The notes under the pieces are model-generated. The model worked only from the letters and a program-made list of their open reading frames with translations. It was not told the origin of the DNA and did not search any database. The translations under genes were made by a program, and so were the position numbers. From assembly GCA_964057225.1 (NCBI GenBank), contig OZ059899.1, forward strand, positions 18,538,001 through 18,602,000: 64,000 bases of DNA, in the 5' to 3' direction. Below, piece after piece: positions 1-11,640 of this stretch. Source of the DNA: Auanema rhodensis (Eukaryota; Animalia; Nematoda). Position 1 is the first letter of the stretch. The number at the start of each line of letters is the position of its first letter.

Positions 1-553
1 AAAATTAATTCTGCAGGGTGAAAATCGAGGATTTAAGTGTGAACTTATATCAGTTGATATCTCGGTGAATTTTTAAGCTAGCGCAAATCTGATAAAACAG
101 ATCGACGCAGCTTAAAAATCCGCATCGAATGCACTATACAACATTGAGAAACGCTTAATACAAAAATTAGTTATGATCGTTTGAAAAAAGACGCATTAGT
201 GTATGTTGAGTTTCCATGTACACTCAACATTGCTTCCAAAAACATTTTTACAAAAATTTTTCCGAAAAATTTCGAAACAATTTCGCAAAAAGTAGATGTT
301 TTTAGATTCCTTTTTTCAAGGCAAAGACGATGGACATTGTTATTCAACGAAAAAATTAATTCTGCAGGGTGAAAATCGAGGATATAAGTGTGAACTTATA
401 TCAGTTGATATCTCGGTGCATTTTTAAGGTAGCGCAAATCTGATAACACAGATCGACGCAGCTTAAAAATCCGCATCGAATGCACTATACAACATTGAGA
501 AACGCTTAATACAAAAATTAGTTATGATCGTTTGAAAAATGATGCATTAGTGT

Positions 554-581
554 ATGTTGAGTTTCCATGTACACTCAACAT
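554..581. repeat. Inverted repeat IR-A (in every monomer): ATGTTGAGT-N10-ACTCAACAT
   Basis: Perfect 9-bp arms read directly from the sequence. The common C/T polymorphism lies in the spacer. Confidence 0.95.
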
Positions 582-588
582 TGCTTTC

Positions 589-654
589 AAAAACATTTTG
601 ACAAAAATTTTTCCGAAAAATTTCAAAATAATTTCCCAAAAAGTAGATGTTTTT
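589..654. repeat. A/T-tract dyad region IR-B: AAAAACAT...ATGTTTTT enclosing AAATTTTTC-C-GAAAAATTT
   Basis: 8-bp outer arms at 589-596 and 647-654, plus an inner 9-bp palindrome. The region is low complexity, so some of this is expected by chance. Confidence 0.7.
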
Positions 655-731
655 AGATTCCTTTTTTCAAGGCAAAGACGATGGACAAAGTTATTCAACG
701 AAAAAATTAATTCTGCAGGGTGAAAATCGAG

Positions 732-753
732 GATATAAGTGTGAACTTATATC
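732..753. repeat. Inverted repeat IR-C: GATATAAGT-GTGA-ACTTATATC
   Basis: Perfect 9-bp arms with a 4-nt loop (GTGA or GTAA). It overlaps a second small dyad, ATATCA-GT-TGATAT. Confidence 0.95.
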
Positions 754-770
754 AGTTGATATTTCGGTGC

Positions 771-821
771 ATTTTTAAGCTAGCGCAAATCTGATAACAC
801 AGATCGACGCAGCTTAAAAAT
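771..821. repeat. Inverted repeat IR-D: ATTTTTAAGCT-a-GCG-caa-ATCTG-ataaca-CAGAT-cga-CGC-AGCTTAAAAAT
   Basis: Nested complementary segments of 11, 3 and 5 bp form a 51-nt interrupted hairpin. A flanking GTGCATT/AATGCAC pair offers an alternative stem. Confidence 0.92.
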
Positions 822-3800
822 CCGCATCGAATGCACTATACTACATTGAAAAACGCTTAATACAAAAATTAGTTATGATCGTTTGAAAAAAGATGCATTA
901 GTGTATGTTGAGTTTCCATGTATACTCAACATTGCTTCCAAAAACATTTTGACAAAAATTTTTCCGAAAAATTTCAAAATAATTTCGCAAAAAGTAGATG
1001 TTTTTAGATTTCTTTTTTCAAGGCAAAGACGATGGACAATTTTATTCAACGAAAAAATTAATTCTCCAGGGTGAAAATCGAGGATATAAGTGTGAACTTA
1101 TATCAGTTGATATCTCGGTGCATTTTTAAGCTAGCGCAAATCTGATAACACAGATCGACGCAGCTTAAAAATCCGCATCGAATGCACTATACTACATTGA
1201 GAAACGCTTAATACAAAAATTAGTTATGATCGTTTGAAAAATGATGCATTAGTGTATGTTGAGTTTCCATGTACACTCAACATTGCTTCCAAAAACATTT
1301 TGACAAAAATTTTTTCGAAAAATTTCAGAATATTTTAGCAAAAAATAGTTGTTTTTAGATTCCTTTTCTCAAGGCAAAGACGATGGACAATGTTATTCAA
1401 CGAAAAAATTAATTCTGCAGGGTGAAAATCGAGGATATAAGTGTAAACTTATATCAGTTGATATCTCGGTGCATTTTTAAGCTAGCGCAAATCTGATAAC
1501 ACAGATCGACGCAGCTTAAAAATTCGCATTGAATGCACTATACTACATTGAGAAACGCTTAATACAAAAATTAGTTATGATCGTTTGAAAAATGATGCAT
1601 TAGTGTATGTTGAGTTTCCATGTACACTCAACATTGCTTCCAAAAACATTTTGACAAAAATTTTTTCGAAAAATTTCAGAATATTTTAGCAAAAAATAGT
1701 TGTTTTTAGATTCCTTTTCTCAAGGCAAAGACGATGGACATTGTTATTCAACGAAAAAATTAATTCTGCAGGGTGAAAATCGAGGATATAAGTGTGAACT
1801 TATATCAGTTGATATCTCGGTGCATTTTTAAGCTAGCGCAAATCTGATAAAACAGATCGACGCAGCTTAAAAATCCGCATCGAATGCACTATACAACATT
1901 GAGAAACGCTTAATACAAAAATTAGTTATGATCGTTTGAAAAATGATGCATTAGTGTATGTTGAGTTTCCATGTACACTCAACATTGCTTTCAAAAACAT
2001 TTTGACAAAAATTTTTCCGAAAAATTTCAAAATAATTTCCCAAAAAGTAGATGTTTTTAGATTCCTTTTTTCAAGGCAAAGACGATGGACAAAGTTATTC
2101 AACGAAAAAATTAATTCTGCAGGGTGAAAATCGAGGATATAAGTGTGAACTTATATCAGTTGATATCTCGGTGCATTTTTAAGCAAGCGCAAATCTGATA
2201 ACACAGATCGACGCAGCTTAAAAATCCGCATCGAATGCACTATACTACATTGAGAAACGCTTAATACAAAAATTAGTTATGATCGTTTGAAAAATGATGC
2301 ATTAGTGTATGTTGAGTTTCCATGTACACTCAACATTGCTTCCAAAAACATTTTGACAAAAATTTTTTCGAAAAATTTCAGAATATTTTAGCAAAAAATA
2401 GTTGTTTTTAGATTCCTTTTCTCAAGGCAAAGACGATGGACAATGTTATTCAACGAAAAAATTAATTCTGCAGGGTGAAAATCGAGGATATAAGTGTAAA
2501 CTTATATCAGTTGATATCTCGGTGCATTTTTAAGCTAGCGCAAATCTGATAACACAGATCGACGCAGCTTAAAAATCCGCATCGAATGCACTATACTACA
2601 TTGAGAAACGCTTAATACAAAAATTAGTTATGATCGTTTGAAAAATGATGCATTAGTGTATGTTGAGTTTCCATGTACACTCAACATTGCTTCCAAAAAC
2701 ATTTTGACAAAAATTTTTCCGAAAAATTTCAAAATAATTTCGCAAAAAGTAGATGTTTTTAGATTCCTTTTTTCAAGGCAAAGACGATGGACATTGTTAT
2801 TCAACGAAAAAATTAATTCTGCAGGGTGAAAATCGAGGATATAAGTGTGAACTTATATCAGTTGATATCTCGGTGCATTTTTAAGCTAGCGCAAATCTGA
2901 TAACACAGATCGACGCAGCTTAAAAATCCGCATCGAATGCACTATACTACATTGAAAAACGCTTAATACAAAAATTAGTTATGATCGTTTGAAAAAAGAT
3001 GCATTAGTGTATGTTGAGTTTCCATGTATACTCAACATTGCTTCCAAAAACATTTTGACAAAAATTTTTCCGAAAAATTTCAAAATAATTTCGCAAAAAG
3101 GAGATGTTTTTAGATTCCTTTTCTCAAGGCAAAAACGATGGACAAAGTTATTCAATGAAAAAATTAATTCTGCAGGGTGAAAATCGAGGATATAAGTGTG
3201 AACTTATATCAGTTGATATCTCGGTGCATTTTTAAGCTAGCGCAAATCTGATAACACAGATCGACGCAGCTTAAAAATCCGCATCGAATGCACTATACAA
3301 CATTGAGAAACGCTTAATACAAAAATTAGTTAAGATCGTTTGAAAAAAGATGCATTAGTGTATGTTGAGTTTCCATGTACACTCAACATTGCTTCCAAAA
3401 ACATTTTGACAAAAATTTTTCCAAAAAATTTCAAAATAATTTCGCAAAAAGTAAATGTTTTTAGATTCCGTTTTTCAAGGCAAAAACGATACACAATGTT
3501 ATTCAACAAAAAAATTAATTCTGCAGAATGAAAATCGAGGATATAAGTGTGAACTTATATCAGTTGATATCTCGGTGCATTTTTAAGCTAGCGCAAATCT
3601 GATAACACAGATCGACGCAGCTTAAAAATCCGCATCGAATGCACTATACAACAGTGAGAAACGCTTAATACAAAAATTAGTTATGATCGTTTGAAAAATG
3701 ATGCATTAGTGTATGTTGAGTTTCCATGTACACTCAACATTGCTTCCAAAAACATTTTGACAAAAATTTTTCCAAAAAATTTCAAAATAATTTCGCAAAA

Positions 3801-5094
3801 AGTAAATGTTTTTAGATTCCGTTTTTCAAGGCAAAGACGATACACAATGTTATTCAACAAAAAAATTAATTCTGCAGAATGAAAATCGAGGATATAAGTG
3901 TGAACTTATATCAGTTGATATCTCGGTGCATTTTTAAGCTAGCGCAAATCTGATAACACAGATCGACGCAGCTTAAAAATCCGCATCGAATGCATTATAC
4001 AACAGTGAGAAACGCTCAATACAAAAATTAGTTATGATCGTTTGAAAAAAGATGCATTAGTGTATGTTGAGTTTCCATGTATACTCAACATTGCTTCCAA
4101 AAACATTTTGACAAAAATTTTTCCGAAAAATTTCGAAACAATTTCGCAAAAAGTAGATGTTTTTAGATTCCTTTTTTTAAGGCAAAGACGATGGACAATG
4201 TTATTCAACGAAAAAATTAATTCTGCAGGGTGAAAATCGAGGATATAAGTGTGAACTTATATCAGTTGATATCTCGGTGCATTTTTAAGGTAGCGCAAAT
4301 CTGATAACACAGATCGACGCAGCTTAAAAATCCGCATCGAATGCACTATACTACATTGAAAAACGCTTAATACAAAAATTAGTTATGATCGTTTGAAAAA
4401 AGATGCATTAGTGTATGTTGAGTTTCCATGTATACTCAACATTGCTTCCAAAAACATTTTGACAAAAATTTTTCCGAAAAATTTCGAAACAATTTCGCAA
4501 AAAGTAGATGTTTTTAGATTCCTTTTTTCAAGGCAAAGACGATGGACAATGTTATTCAACGAAAAAATTAATTCTGCAGGGTGAAAATCGAGGATATAAG
4601 TGTGAACTTATATCAGTTGATATCTCGGTGCATTTTTAAGGTAGCGCAAATCTGATAACACAGATCGACGCAGCTTAAAAATCCGCATCGAATGCACTAT
4701 ACTACATTGAAAAACGCTTAATACAAAAATTAGTTATGATCGTTTGAAAAAAGATGCATTAGTGTATGTTGAGTTTCCATGTATACTCAACATTGCTTCC
4801 AAAAACATTTTGACAAAAATTTTTCCGAAAAATTTCGAAACAATTTCGCAAAAAGTAGATGTTTTTAGATTCCTTTTTTCAAGGCAAAGACGATGGACAT
4901 TGTTATTCAACGAAAAAATTAATTCTGCAGGGTGAAAATCGAGGATATAAGTGTGAACTTATATCAGTTGATATCTCGGTGCATTTTTAAGGTAGCGCAA
5001 ATCTGATAACACAGATCGACGCAGCTTAAAAATCCGCATCGAATGCACTATACTACATTGAAAAACGCTCAATACAAAAATTAGTTATGATCGT

Positions 5095-7900
5095 TTGAAA
5101 AAAGATGCATTAGTGTATGTTGAGTTTCCATGTATACTCAACATTGCTTCCAAAAACATTTTGACAAAAATTTTTCCGAAAAATTTCGAAACAATTTCGC
5201 AAAAAGTAGATGTTTTTAGATTCCTTTTTTCAAGGCAAAGACGATGGACATTGTTATTCAACGAAAAAATTAATTCTGCAGGGTGAAAATCGAGGATATA
5301 AGTGTGAACTTATATCAGTTGATATCTCGGTGCATTTTTAAGGTAGCGCAAATCTGATAACACAGATCGACGCAGCTTAAAAATCCGCATCGAATGCACT
5401 ATACTTCATTGAGAAACGCTTAATACAAAAATTAGTTAAGATCGTTTGAAAAAAGATGCATTAGTGTATGTTGAGTTTCCATGTACACTCAACATTGCTT
5501 CCAAAAACATTTTGACAAAATTTTTCCGAAAAATTTCAAAATAATTTTGCAAAAAGTAGATGTTTTTAGATTCCTTTTTTCAAGGCAAAGACGATGGACA
5601 ATGTTATTCAACGAAAAAATTAATTCTCCAGGGTGAAAATCGAGGATGTAAGTGTGAACTTATATCAGTTGATATCGCGGTGCATTTTTAAGCTAGCGCA
5701 AATCTGATAACACAGATCGACGCAGCTTAAAAATCCGCATCGAATGCACTATACAACATTGAGAAACGCTTAATACAAAAATTAGTTATGATCGTTTGAA
5801 AAATGATGCATTAGTGTATGTTGAGTTTCCATGTACACTCAACATTGCTTCCAAAAACATTTTTACAAAAATTTTTCCGGAAAATTTCGAAACAATTTCG
5901 CAAAAAGTAGATGTTTTTAGATTCCTTTTTTCAAGGCAAAGACGATGGACAATGTTATTCAACGAAAAAATTAATTCTGCAGGGTGAAAATCGAGGATAT
6001 AAGTGTGAACTTATATCAGTTGATATCTCGGTGCATTTTTAAGGTAGCGCAAATCTGATAACACAGATCGACGCAGCTTAAAAATCCGCATCGAATGCAC
6101 TATACTACATTGAAAAACGCTTAATACAAAAATTAGTTATGATCGTTTGAAAAATGATGCATTAGTGTATGTTGAGTTTCCATGTACACTCAACATTGCT
6201 TCCAAAAACATTTTTACAAAAATTTTTCCGGAAAATTTCGAAACAATTTCGCAAAAAGTAGATGTTTTTAGATTCCTTTTTTCAAGGCAAAGACGATGGA
6301 CAATGTTATTCAACGAAAAAATTAATTCTGCAGGGTGAAAATCGAGGATATAAGTGTGAACTTATATCAGTTGATATCTCGGTGCATTTTTAAGGTAGCG
6401 CAAATCTGATAACACAGATCGACGCAGCTTAAAAATCCGCATCGAATGCACTATACTACATTGAAAAACGCTTAATACAAAAATTAGTTATGATCGTTTG
6501 AAAAAAGATGCATTAGTGTATGTTGAGTTTCCATGTATACTCAACATTGCTTCCAAAAACATTTTGACAAAAATTTTTCCGAAAAATTTCGAAACAATTT
6601 CGCAAAAAGTAGATGTTTTTAGATTCCTTTTTTCAAGGCAAAGACGATGGACATTGTTATTCAACGAAAAAATTAATTCTGCAGGGTGAAAATCGAGGAT
6701 ATAAGTGTGAACTTATATCAGTTGATATCTCGGTGCATTTTTAAGGTAGCGCAAATCTGATAACACAGATCGACGCAGCTTAAAAATCCGCATCGAATGC
6801 ACTATACTACATTGAAAAACGCTTAATACAAAAATTAGTTATGATCGTTTGAAAAATGATGCATTAGTGTATGTTGAGTTTCCATGTACACTCAACATTG
6901 CTTCCAAAAACATTTTGACAAAATTTTTCCGAAAAATTTCAAAATAATTTTGCAAAAAGTAGATGTTTTTAGATTCCTTTTTTCAAGGCAAAGACGATGG
7001 ACAATGTTATTCAACGAAAAAATTAATTCTCCAGGGTGAAAATCGAGGATGTAAGTGTGAACTTATATCAGTTGATATCGCGGTGCATTTTTAAGCTAGC
7101 GCAAATCTGATAACACAGATCGACGCAGCTTAAAAATCCGCATCGAATGCACTATACAACATTGAGAAACGCTTAATACAAAAATTAGTTATGATCGTTT
7201 GAAAAATGATGCATTAGTGTATGTTGAGTTTCCATGTACACTCAACATTGCTTCCAAAAACATTTTTACAAAAATTTTTCCGGAAAATTTCGAAACAATT
7301 TCGCAAAAAGTAGATGTTTTTAGATTCCTTTTTTCAAGGCAAAGACGATGGACAATGTTATTCAACGAAAAAATTAATTCTGCAGGGTGAAAATCGAGGA
7401 TATAAGTGTGAACTTATATCAGTTGATATCTCGGTGCATTTTTAAGGTAGCGCAAATCTGATAACACAGATCGACGCAGCTTAAAAATCCGCATCGAATG
7501 CACTATACTACATTGAAAAACGCTTAATACAAAAATTAGTTATGATCGTTTGAAAAAAGATGCATTAGTGTATGTTGAGTTTCCATGTATACTCAACATT
7601 GCTTCCAAAAACATTTTGACAAAAATTTTTCCGAAAAATTTCGAAACAATTTCGCAAAAAGTAGATGTTTTTAGATTCCTTTTTTCAAGGCAAAGACGAT
7701 GGACATTGTTATTCAACGAAAAAATTAATTCTGCAGGATGAAAATCGAGGATATAAGTGTGAACTTATATCAGTTGATATCTCGGTGCATTTTTAAGGTA
7801 GCGCAAATCTGATAACACAGATCGACGCAGCTTAAAAATCCGCATCGAATGCACTATACTACATTGAAAAACGCTTAATACAAAAATTAGTTATGATCGT
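5095..7900. repeat. Local higher-order duplication, offset 1403 bp (monomer order A-B-C-C-A-B-C-A)
   Basis: The private variant GATATCGCGG occurs at 5677 and 7080. ORF variants match at 5095/6498 and 5796/7199. Confidence 0.8.
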
Positions 7901-10900
7901 TTGAAAAAAGATGCATTAGTGTATGTTGAGTTTCCATGTATACTCAACATTGCTTCCAAAAACATTTTGACAAAAATTTTTCCGAAAAATTTCGAAACAA
8001 TTTCGCAAAAAGTAGATGTTTTTAGATTCCTTTTTTCAAGGCAAAGACGATGGACAAAGTTATTCAACGAAAAAATTAATTCTGCAGGGTGAAAATCGAG
8101 GATATAAGTGTGAACTTATATCAGTTGATATCTCGGTGCATTTTTAAGCTAGCGCAAATCTGATAACACAGATCGACGCAGCTTAAAAATCCGCATCGAA
8201 TGCACTATACTACATTGAAAAACGCTTAATACAAAAATTAGTTATGATCGTTTGAAAAAAGATGCATTAGTGTATGTTGAGTTTCCATGTATACTCAACA
8301 TTGCTTCCAAAAACATTTTGACAAAAATTTTTCCGAAAAATTTCAAGATAATTTCGCAAAAAGTAGATGTTTTTAGATTTCTTTTTTCAAGGCAAAGACG
8401 ATGGACAATGTTATTCAACGAAAAAATTAATTCTCCAGGGTGAAAATCGAGGATATAAGTGTAAACTTATATCAGTTGATATCTCGGTGCATTTTTAAGC
8501 TAGCGCAAATCTGATAACACAGATCGACGCAGCTTAAAAATCCGCATCGAATGCACTATACAAAATTGAGAAACGCTTAATACAAAAATTAGTTATGATC
8601 GTTTGAAAAATGATGCATTAGTGTATGTTGAGTTTCCATGTACACTCAACATTGCTTTCAAAAACATTTTGACAAAAATTTTTCCGAAAAATTTCAAAAT
8701 AATTTCCCAAAAAGTAAATGTTTTTAGATTCCTTTTTTCAAGGCAAAGACGATGGACAATGTTATTCAACGAAAAAATTAATTCTGCAGGGTGAAAATCG
8801 AGGATATAAGTGTGAACTTATATCAGTTGATATCTCGGTGCATTTTTAAGGTAGCGCAAATCTGATAACACAGATCGACGCAGCTTAAAAATCCGCATCG
8901 AATGCACTATATTACATTGAAAAACGCTTAATACAAAAATTAGTTATGATCGTTTGAAAAAAGATGCATTAGTGTATGTTGAGTTTCCATGTACACTCAA
9001 CATTGCTTCCAAAAACATTTTGACAAAAATTTTTCCGAAAAATTTCGAAACAATTTCGCAAAAAGTAGATGTTTTTAGATTCCTTTTTTCAAGGCAAAGA
9101 CGATGGACATTGTTATTCAACGAAAAAATTAATTCTGCAGGGTGAAAATCGAGGATATAAGTGTGAACTTATATCAGTTGATATCTCGGTGCATTTTTAA
9201 GCTAGCGCAAATCTGATAACACAGATCGACGCAGCTTAAAAATCCGCATCGAATGCACTATACTACATTGAAAAACGCTTAATACAAAAATTAGTTATGA
9301 TCGTTTGAAAAAAGATGCATTAGTGTATGTTGAGTTTCCATGTATACTCAACATTGCTTCCAAAAACATTTTGACAAAAATTTTTCCGAAAAATTTCAAG
9401 ATAATTTCGCAAAAAGTAGATGTTTTTAGATTTCTTTTTTCAAGGCAAAGACGATGGACAATGTTATTCAACGAAAAAATTAATTCTCCAGGGTGAAAAT
9501 CGAGGATATAAGTGTGAACTTATATCAGTTGATATCTCGGTGCATTTTTAAGGTAGCGCAAATCTGATAACACAGATCGACGCAGCTTAAAAATCCGCAT
9601 CGAATGCACTATACAACATTGAGAAACGCTTAATACAAAAATTAGTTATGATCGTTTGAAAAAAGATGCATTAGTGTATGTTGAGTTTCCATGTACACTC
9701 AACATTGCTTTCAAAAACATTTTGATAAAAATTTTTCCGAAAAATTTCAAAATAATTTCCCAAAAAGTAGATGTTTTTAGATTCCTTTTTTCAAGGCAAA
9801 GACGATGGACAAAGTTATTCAACGAAAAAATTAATTCTGCAGGGTGAAAATCGAGGATATAAGTGTGAACTTATATCAGTTGATATCTCGGTGCATTTTT
9901 AAGCTAGCGCAAATCTGATAACACAGATCGACGCAGCTTAAAAATCCGCATCGAATGCACTATACTACATTGAAAAACGCTTAATACAAAAATTAGTTAT
10001 GATCGTTTGAAAAAAGATGCATTAGTGTATGTTGAGTTTCCATGTATACTCAACATTGCTTCCAAAAACATTTTGACAAAAATTTTTCCGAAAAATTTCG
10101 AAACAATTTCGCAAAAAGTAGATGTTTTTAGATTCCTTTTTTCAAGGCAAAGACGATGGACAAAGTTATTCAACGAAAAAATTAATTCTGCAGGGTGAAA
10201 ATCGAGGATATAAGTGTGAACTTATATCAGTTGATATCTCGGTGCATTTTTAAGCTAGCGCAAATCTGATAACACAGATCGACGCAGCTTAAAAATCCGC
10301 ATCGAATGCACTATACTACATTGAAAAACGCTTAATACAAAAATTAGTTATGATCGTTTGAAAAAAGATGCATTAGTGTATGTTGAGTTTCCATGTATAC
10401 TCAACATTGCTTCCAAAAACATTTTGACAAAAATTTTTCCGAAAAATTTCAAGATAATTTCGCAAAAAGTAGATGTTTTTAGATTTCTTTTTTCAAGGCA
10501 AAGACGATGGACAATGTTATTCAACGAAAAAATTAATTCTCCAGGGTGAAAATCGAGGATATAAGTGTAAACTTATATCAGTTGATATCTCGGTGCATTT
10601 TTAAGCTAGCGCAAATCTGATAACACAGATCGACGCAGCTTAAAAATCCGCATCGAATGCACTATACAAAATTGAGAAACGCTTAATACAAAAATTAGTT
10701 ATGATCGTTTGAAAAATGATGCATTAGTGTATGTTGAGTTTCCATGTACACTCAACATTGCTTTCAAAAACATTTTGACAAAAATTTTTCCGAAAAATTT
10801 CAAAATAATTTCCCAAAAAGTAAATGTTTTTAGATTCCTTTTTTCAAGGCAAAGACGATGGACAATGTTATTCAACGAAAAAATTAATTCTGCAGGGTGA

Positions 10901-11640
10901 AAATCGAGGATATAAGTGTGAACTTATATCAGTTGATATCTCGGTGCATTTTTAAGGTAGCGCAAATCTGATAACACAGATCGACGCAGCTTAAAAATCC
11001 GCATCGAATGCACTATATTACATTGAAAAACGCTTAATACAAAAATTAGTTATGATCGTTTGAAAAAAGATGCATTAGTGTATGTTGAGTTTCCATGTAC
11101 ACTCAACATTGCTTCCAAAAACATTTTGACAAAAATTTTTCCGAAAAATTTCGAAACAATTTCGCAAAAAGTAGATGTTTTTAGATTCCTTTTTTCAAGG
11201 CAAAGACGATGGACATTGTTATTCAACGAAAAAATTAATTCTGCAGGGTGAAAATCGAGGATATAAGTGTGAACTTATATCAGTTGATATCTCGGTGCAT
11301 TTTTAAGCTAGCGCAAATCTGATAACACAGATCGACGCAGCTTAAAAATCCGCATCGAATGCACTATACTACATTGAAAAACGCTTAATACAAAAATTAG
11401 TTATGATCGTTTGAAAAAAGATGCATTAGTGTATGTTGAGTTTCCATGTATACTCAACATTGCTTCCAAAAACATTTTGACAAAAATTTTTCCGAAAAAT
11501 TTCAAGATAATTTCGCAAAAAGTAGATGTTTTTAGATTTCTTTTTTCAAGGCAAAGACGATGGACAATGTTATTCAACGAAAAAATTAATTCTCCAGGGT
11601 GAAAATCGAGGATATAAGTGTGAACTTATATCAGTTGATA
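7901..11640. repeat. 6-mer higher-order repeat (2106 bp), about 1.8 copies, with underlying 3-mer periodicity
   Basis: Monomers 7901, 8252, 8603, 8954, 9305 match 10007, 10358, 10709, 11060, 11411. The TTCAAGATA variant recurs every 1053 bp (8347, 9400, 10453, 11506). Confidence 0.88.

Larger units (their letters stand above)
532..882. repeat. Representative 351-bp monomer (arbitrary phase starting at TTGAAAAA)
   Basis: The next copy starts at 883. Copies differ by a few substitutions, most of them shared polymorphisms. Confidence 0.97.

Noticed and set aside
281-297. CENP-B box-like motif (TTTCGCAAAAAG...)
   Set aside because: It has TTCG and the A but lacks the required CGGG.
771-821. Hairpins as rho-independent terminators
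   Set aside because: There is no gene context, the stems are AT-rich, and no distinct U-tract follows them.
780-860. Satellite-encoded hammerhead ribozyme
   Set aside because: CTGATAA (+ strand) and CTGATAT (- strand) do not match the CUGANGA core, and I found no correctly placed stem II/GAAA/stem III arrangement.
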